DNA of 64,000 bases from Promethearchaeota archaeon (GTDB lineage Archaea > Asgardarchaeota > Lokiarchaeia > Sigyniarchaeales > SOKP01): NCBI GenBank assembly GCA_048940645.1, contig JBHLOI010000006.1:47316-111315 (forward strand), written 5' to 3'. Positions 57,620 to 64,000 of the stretch are shown here, in pieces. The notes beneath the pieces were generated by a model. That model made no database searches. It saw only the letters and a program-made list of their open reading frames with translations, and had not been told where the DNA came from. The first letter of the stretch is position 1. The number at the start of each line of letters is the position of its first letter. A program made the position numbers and the translations under genes.

Positions 57620-57970
57620 ATGAAAAAAAAAGTCTGTCAAGTCATAGAAGATTATCATTCCGCTTATCCAGATCCTTTTATAGTAAATAAGGGTGAAATA
57701 TTAAGAATTGAAAATAAAGAATGTGATTGGTCTGGTTGGATCTGGTGCATAAACAATGATGGCGAAGGAAGATGGGTTCCAATAGATCATATAGAACTTC
57801 AAGAAACTCAAGCTAAATTTACCCAAGATTATAATTCTATAGAATTAACAGTATCAGCTGGTCAAATCCTAACTATTGAAAAAGAGTCATATGGCTGGAT
57901 TTGGGTGATTGATGAAAGTAATAAAGCTGGATGGATTCCATTAAAAAATGTCAAAATTTTAAGTGAATAA
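57620..57970 (+). CDS. Tandem SH3-domain protein
   Basis: Two repeats: DY..ELTV..G.IL.I...GWIW.....GW(V/I)P. Confidence 0.85.
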   Translation: MKKKVCQVIEDYHSAYPDPFIVNKGEILRIENKECDWSGWIWCINNDGEGRWVPIDHIELQETQAKFTQDYNSIELTVSAGQILTIEKESYGWIWVIDESNKAGWIPLKNVKILSE

Positions 57971-58022
57971 TTAAAAGATAAAAAATAAAAAAAAGTAATA
58001 TTAGAGCTAATCGCTACCTAAT

Positions 58023-58220
58023 TTATTCTTCAGTTATTGTAATAGCTTCCTCAGGGCATTGTGTTTCACAAGCTCTACATCCTACACAATCGTCTCTATT
58101 TTCCTCAATTATATTAACTTTACCGCCTTCAGGTTCACCAAAGCATTCACTAGGACAAACTTCATAGCATGTTCCACATCCAGTACAAGCATCTTTATCA
58201 ATTTCAATCCCGAAACTCAT
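58023..58220 (-). CDS. 2[4Fe-4S] ferredoxin
   Basis: CTGCGTCYEVCP and CVGCRACETQCP. Confidence 0.95.
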   Translation of the reverse strand: MSFGIEIDKDACTGCGTCYEVCPSECFGEPEGGKVNIIEENRDDCVGCRACETQCPEEAITITEE

Positions 58221-58378
58221 ATTTAAAACCTTTTTATTATTGAATTTTTTTTTGTTCTAAAAAAGTATTTATCAGTAAATGTGAGAATAATGTAAAAAAT
58301 TTAAATTTCGTTTTTATTTTAAGAAATATTCTTTTGAAGATTTACTTTAAAATTAAATAATTTAAGGAAAAAAATAAA

Positions 58379-58813
58379 TTATTTATTTTTTTGTTTTAAG
58401 AAAAATAAAATTGTATTGAGAATTCCACCAACCACGCTTCCATAAAATCCTAATTCGGGCCACCAATCATCTCCTATATGTACAACTCCAAAAGATATAA
58501 GCCCTATAATTGCCAAAGCAAACGTTGTTATTGCGATATATAAGCCATACTTAGTTAAATCGATTGATATAAATTTCTTTGGAACTAAATCATTCAATGC
58601 AATTATCACCTGAATAATAAATAGGATTAGAATGAAAATCTGTGCGATTAAATCAACTGTTGTCCAATAATCACAATATAAACATGAATATCTATCTCCA
58701 TATCCCCAATAATAGAATCCAGCGAAAGGACCAATTGCCTCCAACACAATGGATATGATACTAAGTGTTAATATTAATGCTGAAAAAATATCAATTTTTC
58801 TATCTTCTGACAT
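58379..58813 (-). CDS. 4-TM membrane protein with CxxC in the first loop
   Basis: Four hydrophobic helices; loop GFYYWGYGDRYSCLYC. Confidence 0.8.
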   Translation of the reverse strand: MSEDRKIDIFSALILTLSIISIVLEAIGPFAGFYYWGYGDRYSCLYCDYWTTVDLIAQIFILILFIIQVIIALNDLVPKKFISIDLTKYGLYIAITTFALAIIGLISFGVVHIGDDWWPELGFYGSVVGGILNTILFFLKQKNK

Positions 58814-58964
58814 TTCTCTATCATAAATTTTATTTTTAGAATATAGTTAGGTTTTAGAGTAAATAAATTGTATTATTTTATAAAATTACAACTTAAAGAA
58901 TTTATTTTAAAAAATTAAAATATCATTCTTATAAGGATTTGAATCTATAATTATTTGAACTACT

Positions 58965-60071
58965 TTGAACATTGAAAAAATTTGGGATTTTAACGCGAAT
59001 GAACAGTTACTAGGAGTTGAATTAGGAAATCTCATCGAAGGTAATAATAAACAAATTATTACATATACTAAATCTGGAAAAATCCTAATATTCTCATTAA
59101 ATGGCAAATTATTGTTTAAAGATGAAATAACAAAGAATACACCAATTTGGAAAGCATTAATATATGATATAGATAATGATGGTAAAGAAGAGCTACTTTT
59201 AGGTGGAATGGATGGAGTTTTAAGAGTCTTTAAATATAAGGCTGAATTTAAGTTAAAGCACTATTGGACACATAGATTTAATTCCTCTATTGGGGGAATT
59301 TTAGTAGATGATATTAATTATGACGGAATTAATGAAATTATCTCCTTTTCTCTTGATAAAAGTCTACGAGTTCTAAACCCATTAGATGGTTCTTTAATAT
59401 GGGGACAAATTTTTGAAGAAGGAATTGGGGATGCACTAATATGGAGAAACTTAAAAGATCCCAATGAGATTGAAATTATTGCATGTGGTAATGATGGTAC
59501 AATAAGAATTTTTGATAATAAATATGGAGAATTACTCTGGTTTAAACGATTTTCTAATAAAGTTAGATGCCTATCTTATATGTGTTCATATCAATACGAT
59601 TACCTCGTATGTGGAGGAGATGATAAAAAAATACATATTATTGATAAAGAACGGAAAAAAGAGATTAAAACCTTCGAATCAGATGATATTATTTGGAAAT
59701 GCCTTTCATTTCCTCCACACCAACATAATAATTTATTAGTAAGTTCCTATTCTTTTGAATTTTTAGACAACTCAATTAAAGATATAAAATTCAAATCCAA
59801 AGTAATGTGTTTCAATGAGAATCTTGGTGTTAAATGGGAGTATAAAAATGTAAATGCTGAAATTCTTAGCTATATTAATGCTCTTGAAAACAAGTGCATA
59901 GCGATTGGAACAACGCGTGGTTATTTAATGCTACTAGATGAGCTCAATGGTAAATTACTAGCTCAAATTAATAATCCTTCTTGTTTAAATGGTTTTTATT
60001 TTGATGATGATTCAATGACTTTAGTAACTTGTCATGATAATGGATATATTTATGCTTTTATTCTTGATTAA
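58965..60071 (+). CDS. Beta-propeller protein (WD40 / FG-GAP-like repeats)
   Basis: DIDNDGKEELLLGGMDGVLRVF, DINYDGINEII, ACGNDGTIRIFD, CGGDDKKIHIID. Confidence 0.82.
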   Translation: MNIEKIWDFNANEQLLGVELGNLIEGNNKQIITYTKSGKILIFSLNGKLLFKDEITKNTPIWKALIYDIDNDGKEELLLGGMDGVLRVFKYKAEFKLKHYWTHRFNSSIGGILVDDINYDGINEIISFSLDKSLRVLNPLDGSLIWGQIFEEGIGDALIWRNLKDPNEIEIIACGNDGTIRIFDNKYGELLWFKRFSNKVRCLSYMCSYQYDYLVCGGDDKKIHIIDKERKKEIKTFESDDIIWKCLSFPPHQHNNLLVSSYSFEFLDNSIKDIKFKSKVMCFNENLGVKWEYKNVNAEILSYINALENKCIAIGTTRGYLMLLDELNGKLLAQINNPSCLNGFYFDDDSMTLVTCHDNGYIYAFILD

Positions 60072-60113
60072 AAGTAATTATCTTTTTGACTCATTATTAA
60101 TTAAGTATTTACA

Positions 60114-60857
60114 ATGTGTCGTATGTTTTTCCAGTGTTCGACAGAACCATTTAACATTCAATATAATTTTTTAGAAAAGTTTGTAAAAACCTGCCATTGG
60201 CAATATTTACGAAAATATAATTTATATGGACATCATGGATTAGGTTGGGGTTTTGCTTACATTCCAGAAAATACTAATAGTAAACTAATTATTAAAAGAG
60301 ATATTACTCCAATTTATCATTCCGATTGGAAGAATTTGGTTAAAATTAAAACCAGATTTTTATTAGTACACGCAAGAAGAGCTTATCCTTGGAATAAATG
60401 CTTTAATGATGTTCATCCCATTAATATTGATGAAAAGTATTTAATAGTCCATAATGGAGTTATTAAGAATAAATCCTTTCCTAAATTAATAAATCCTAAA
60501 TTAGAAGATATTAAGAATAATACAAGATTGGATACACGAAAATACCTGTGTTATATAATTGATCAATTAAATATGGAACATGACCTAAAAAGCTCCTTAG
60601 AAGAAATGTTTAAAAAGATAGAAATTGCAGCTGGAGCAAATGCTTTTCTTTTTAATTCAAAAGAATGTAATATAATCACATATCATAATACAAACTTCAA
60701 TGGCAGGCATCATACGCTATTTATCTCTAAAAACTTCGATAGGGTAACAGTATCAACAACTCCAATATTAAAGGGGGCCAAGGAAATACCAAATAACTCC
60801 TTAATTCAAATTAATCTAAAAAAACTAAATATGAATATAACAAAATTAAATAAATGA
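60114..60857 (+). CDS. Class II (Ntn) glutamine amidotransferase-like protein (YafJ/EgtC-like)
   Basis: MCRM N-terminal nucleophile Cys, GWGFAY, VHARRA, HP, HNG. Confidence 0.85.
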   Translation: MCRMFFQCSTEPFNIQYNFLEKFVKTCHWQYLRKYNLYGHHGLGWGFAYIPENTNSKLIIKRDITPIYHSDWKNLVKIKTRFLLVHARRAYPWNKCFNDVHPINIDEKYLIVHNGVIKNKSFPKLINPKLEDIKNNTRLDTRKYLCYIIDQLNMEHDLKSSLEEMFKKIEIAAGANAFLFNSKECNIITYHNTNFNGRHHTLFISKNFDRVTVSTTPILKGAKEIPNNSLIQINLKKLNMNITKLNK

Positions 60858-60894
60858 ATATAAAAAAAATAAAAATTTTTTAGTTATTCTCGTA

Positions 60895-61218
60895 TTAACC
60901 TTCTGAAGATTCTTCTTCCTCAGCTGCTAGTTCTTCCTCCAACTCTTCGAGTGGAACTGGTGCAGGTGTGGTGAGCATACTGTACCCTATCCAAATAGCG
61001 ATAATACAAATTAATATTACAATCAACCACATTGGTAAAACAACGAATGCTTCATAATCTAGCCAATCAACACCAAAAAATCGAAAAGCTAGATCCCAAT
61101 TTGGATTATTAAGCAACTTATCAAATATGAGATCAACGAGAGATCCCATTGTATAGATAATTGCAATTAAAATTCCTAAAATTGCTACAATAGCACCTAT
61201 AATTTTATCTTTTGCCAT
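60895..61218 (-). CDS. 2-TM membrane protein resembling DPM2 (dolichol-phosphate mannose synthase subunit 2)
   Basis: DKIIGAIVAILGILIAIIYT ... AFVVLPMWLIVILICIIAIWIGYSMLTT; acidic tail. Confidence 0.55.
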   Translation of the reverse strand: MAKDKIIGAIVAILGILIAIIYTMGSLVDLIFDKLLNNPNWDLAFRFFGVDWLDYEAFVVLPMWLIVILICIIAIWIGYSMLTTPAPVPLEELEEELAAEEEESSEG

Positions 61219-61391
61219 TATTTATCACTTTTTAATTTTAATTAGTTTCTTATTTTAATAAGCAACTTAGTTATGGTTAATATTATTTTTTAAAATAATA
61301 TTAAATTAAAACCATTCGATAAGATACATATGATTTTAATGGTGATGATCCACAATTAGTAAATAAGATCTAAAAAAATAGACGTAGGATT

Positions 61392-62360
61392 ATGATCAAC
61401 GTAAAAGATTATGTCATGATTATAGGTTCAAGTAATATGGATTTAAATATATATTCAGAAAGGCTACCAGAACCAGGTGAAACTGTTACTGGAGGAACAT
61501 TTAAGCAATATTTAGGAGGAAAAGGAGCTAATCAGTCAGTTGCATCTAAACGTTCTGGTTCGAATACATTATTTATTGCAAAGCTTGGGAAAGATGCTTT
61601 CGGTGATCAAATTATCTCACAGTTAGGAGATGAGGGTATCAATATTGACCATATTATTAGGGATCCAAATGAACAAAGTGGAATAGCATTCATAATGATT
61701 GATAAAAATGGAGAAAATATGATAAGTGTGGCTCCTGGAGCAAATGTAAAGTTGATGCCTGAAGATATTCGAAAAAAGGCAGATTTAATTAAAAATGCGA
61801 ATACGTTAGTAGTACAGATGGAAATCCCAATTGAAACTATCAATGAGATTTTCTCCATAGCTTCTAAAGGAAATGTTATTAAAATTCTAAATCCAGCTCC
61901 TTTAAAACCAATTCCAGTTAAGATTTTAAAAAGTATTGATGTTATTACTCCAAATGAGGGTGAATTAATTAGATTATATTCATTGCTGGGATTTAAGGAA
62001 TTTAAGAGAAAGGATAATGAAATGATGGTTCAGATATCAAGAGATATTACTAGTTTAGGAGTCAAGGATGTGATTATTACTTTAGGTGAGAAAGGATCAT
62101 TAGTTTATCAATCAGAAATAGATAAGATCACTAAAATTCCCGCAATTAAAGTTAAAGCCATTGATACAGTTGGAGCTGGTGATTGCTTTAATGGAGTTCT
62201 AGCTAGTAAATTAAATCAAGGAAAAGATTTAATAACAAGTGTTAAATATGCCACTATAGCAGCTTCTATAGCAGTAACTCGCAGAGGAGCGCAAACGTCA
62301 ATCCCTTATTTCCATGAAATTGAAGAAAAATATATTGAATTTAATAGATTATTTAATTAG
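61392..62360 (+). CDS. rbsK: Ribokinase (PfkB family)
   Basis: GSSNMDL, GGKGANQ, ILNPAP, TPNEGE, IDTVGAGDCF. Confidence 0.93.
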   Translation: MINVKDYVMIIGSSNMDLNIYSERLPEPGETVTGGTFKQYLGGKGANQSVASKRSGSNTLFIAKLGKDAFGDQIISQLGDEGINIDHIIRDPNEQSGIAFIMIDKNGENMISVAPGANVKLMPEDIRKKADLIKNANTLVVQMEIPIETINEIFSIASKGNVIKILNPAPLKPIPVKILKSIDVITPNEGELIRLYSLLGFKEFKRKDNEMMVQISRDITSLGVKDVIITLGEKGSLVYQSEIDKITKIPAIKVKAIDTVGAGDCFNGVLASKLNQGKDLITSVKYATIAASIAVTRRGAQTSIPYFHEIEEKYIEFNRLFN

Positions 62361-62372
62361 GGGTATTTTCCT

Positions 62373-63047
62373 ATGATAAGTGAATATTTATTTCCCAAGA
62401 GAGGGAATTTTCTCAGGAAAAATAGTACAAATAAATTATTAATTAGCATTAATGATAATGAGCTTAATAACATATACCTTATAAATGGAACTTCTTTTAT
62501 CACTAAAAATATAAGAGCTAAAGATTTAATTATAGAACCGCACAACTACTATATGATAATAAATAATGGTAAGAAGAAAATTAAAATTAATTATAACCAT
62601 GATATTTCTATTCATGATATAATTTACAATCCGTATAAATACGAGCATTCTAAAAAATCAGATTTTGACCCAGAAACGTTTAAAAAATTGTATAATATTC
62701 CTGAAGGTTTTATTGATGTGTTATCAAAGTGGTACAGTATAAAATTCACATATCCTGATTATAATTTAATTTATATTAAACCAGAGATGGGAATTTCTAT
62801 TCAAGTTCATTACTTCAGGAGTGAGATTTGGGAAATTTTAGGAGGAAAACCAATAGTTATTAATGGTAATAAAGTTTTTTATTTTGTTGAAAATGGCACT
62901 TATTTCGAAAACCCAATTAATACCTATCATTCGGTGATAAACCCAAATATTGATCCAGGAAACTTCGTGTTAATTAGAGAAAAATGGGAAGGTAAATTTG
63001 ACGAGAAGGACATAGAAAGGGTATATAATCCTAACAAATATTATTAG
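62373..63047 (+). CDS. Cupin protein, type II mannose-6-phosphate isomerase-like C-terminal domain
   Basis: IKPEMGISIQVHYFRSEIW ... HSVIN ... FDEKDIERV. Confidence 0.65.
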   Translation: MISEYLFPKRGNFLRKNSTNKLLISINDNELNNIYLINGTSFITKNIRAKDLIIEPHNYYMIINNGKKKIKINYNHDISIHDIIYNPYKYEHSKKSDFDPETFKKLYNIPEGFIDVLSKWYSIKFTYPDYNLIYIKPEMGISIQVHYFRSEIWEILGGKPIVINGNKVFYFVENGTYFENPINTYHSVINPNIDPGNFVLIREKWEGKFDEKDIERVYNPNKYY

Positions 63048-63234
63048 TTATAATCTAAAATTGAAAATAACTACCAAATCCCTCGATAAAATTAGTGTAT
63101 TAAAGATCTTATAGACTTTCATCAAATTTGTATTATAACCTTTTAAATTTTATGTTTTTCAGTTCTCTTGTTTTAATAAAATTAAAATTTAATAGATAAC
63201 TAATAACCTTACATGTCAAAATAATTAAGTAAAT

Positions 63235-63255
63235 AATAAACAATAAACAATAAAC
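63235..63255. repeat. (AATAAAC)x3 tandem repeat in the ribosomal operon leader
   Basis: Seen directly, 23 bp upstream of rps19. Confidence 0.7.
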
Positions 63256-63278
63256 GGAACAAACAGATTGGTGGAAAA

Positions 63279-63815
63279 ATGACTCCGAATGAGGAACTTG
63301 ACAAAGAAGATCAAGAAGATTTAGAAGAAGAAGAATTTCTTGAGGAAATAGAAGAAGAAGTTGAAGAAGAAGTAGAAGAGGAAGAAGTTTTAGATGTCGA
63401 AAAAGAGCGTGATAGATTACGTTTTCATTATCGTGGTCATACTTTAGATGACTTAAAAAAGATGAATATGGATCAGTTATTACAATTATTACCTGCTAGA
63501 GCTAGAAGAAGTTTAAGAAGAGGACTGCCTCCAAGACAAAAGAAAGTTATTGAAAGGTTAAGGAGAGCGTATAGAGCAAAAAAAAGAGGTAAAGATCTAA
63601 TTGTGAGAACACACGTCCGAGATTTAATAATTTTCCCAGAATTCGTTGGGCTTAAGGTTGGAATTTACAACGGAAGGAATTATGATATTGTAGAAATACG
63701 ACCTGAAATGATTGGTCATTATTTAGGCGAATTTGCCCTTACAAGAAAGAGAGTACAGCATGGTTCCCCTGGTATCGGAGCAACACGTTCAAGTAAATAT
63801 GTTCCACTTAAGTAA
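63279..63815 (+). CDS. rps19p: 30S ribosomal protein uS19 with acidic N-terminal extension
   Basis: FHYRG, LPARARRSLRRG, RTHVRD, PEMIGHYLGEF, HGSPGIGATRSSKYVPLK. Confidence 0.97.
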   Translation: MTPNEELDKEDQEDLEEEEFLEEIEEEVEEEVEEEEVLDVEKERDRLRFHYRGHTLDDLKKMNMDQLLQLLPARARRSLRRGLPPRQKKVIERLRRAYRAKKRGKDLIVRTHVRDLIIFPEFVGLKVGIYNGRNYDIVEIRPEMIGHYLGEFALTRKRVQHGSPGIGATRSSKYVPLK

Positions 63816-63848
63816 TGTTAAATATTAATATAAAAAGAGATGATTATA

Positions 63849-64000
63849 ATGCCTACATGGGGTTATTCATTTATTGAACAGAAATATGATGCAGAAAGAT
63901 TAGCAAAAGCATCTGGAAGAGATTTAAGAATTAAGCCAAAACATGCAAGAGAAATTTGTGCTGTAATAAAGGGTATGAATCTTGAAAAAGCTAAATCATA
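63849..64000 (+). CDS. rpl22p: 50S ribosomal protein uL22 (5' part, runs off the window)
   Basis: MPTWGYSFIEQKYDAERLAKASGRDLRIKPKHAREICAVIKGMNLEKAK. Confidence 0.92.
   Translation, partial: MPTWGYSFIEQKYDAERLAKASGRDLRIKPKHAREICAVIKGMNLEKAKS

Noticed and set aside
57620-57970. SH3 protein as a firm eukaryotic signature protein
   Set aside because: Similar two-SH3 small proteins occur in bacteria, so vertical relation to eukaryotes cannot be claimed without phylogeny
2626-62545. Numerous short ORFs antisense to or nested within long genes (e.g. 2626-2922, 5805-6149, 11109-11453, 19508-19846, 24063-24392, 49875-50288)
   Set aside because: They overlap genes with clear family motifs and show the shadow composition expected from AT-rich codon usage
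1-64000. CRISPR arrays, rRNA, IS elements, integrases (including next to the tRNA)
   Set aside because: No spaced direct repeats, long GC-rich RNA-like stretch, transposase/integrase motifs or duplicated tRNA 3' end seen by eye

Overview
Very AT-rich archaeal chromosome segment, most likely from an Asgard archaeon of the Lokiarchaeia. The basis is archaeal uS19/uL22, Trm1, TFE-beta, MptE, CofD/CofE and an A1-U72 tRNA-Gln, plus several eukaryotic-signature-like proteins: ribophorin I, OSTC/DC2-like, eukaryote-like Sec61-beta, roadblock, longin-like and Bet3/V4R. About 58 CDS, one tRNA and two probable gene remnants. I saw no CRISPR array, rRNA or intact mobile element. Main blocks: (i) MoxR-DUF58-membrane operon; (ii) lipS2-ligase-lipS1-fbiB-cofD cofactor operon; (iii) bacterial-type LeuRS and TPI; (iv) a longin / tandem Bet3-Trs31-like / roadblock neighbourhood; (v) a glycosylation-translocon neighbourhood (GT4, epimerase, AglH/DPAGT1, Sec61-beta, ribophorin I, UbiA), with OSTC-like and DPM2-like genes elsewhere in the window; (vi) a Dpp/Opp ABC transporter split by inserted genes; (vii) RNA-modification, recombination-paralog and housekeeping genes; (viii) the start of a ribosomal protein operon at uS19. 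The best candidates for an undescribed system are a 'proto-ER' translocon-OST-dolichol module including a DPM2-like protein, and a 'proto-TRAPP' Bet3/Trs31-like heterodimer. All homology calls come from motifs read by eye and reference sequences recalled from memory; no searches were run.
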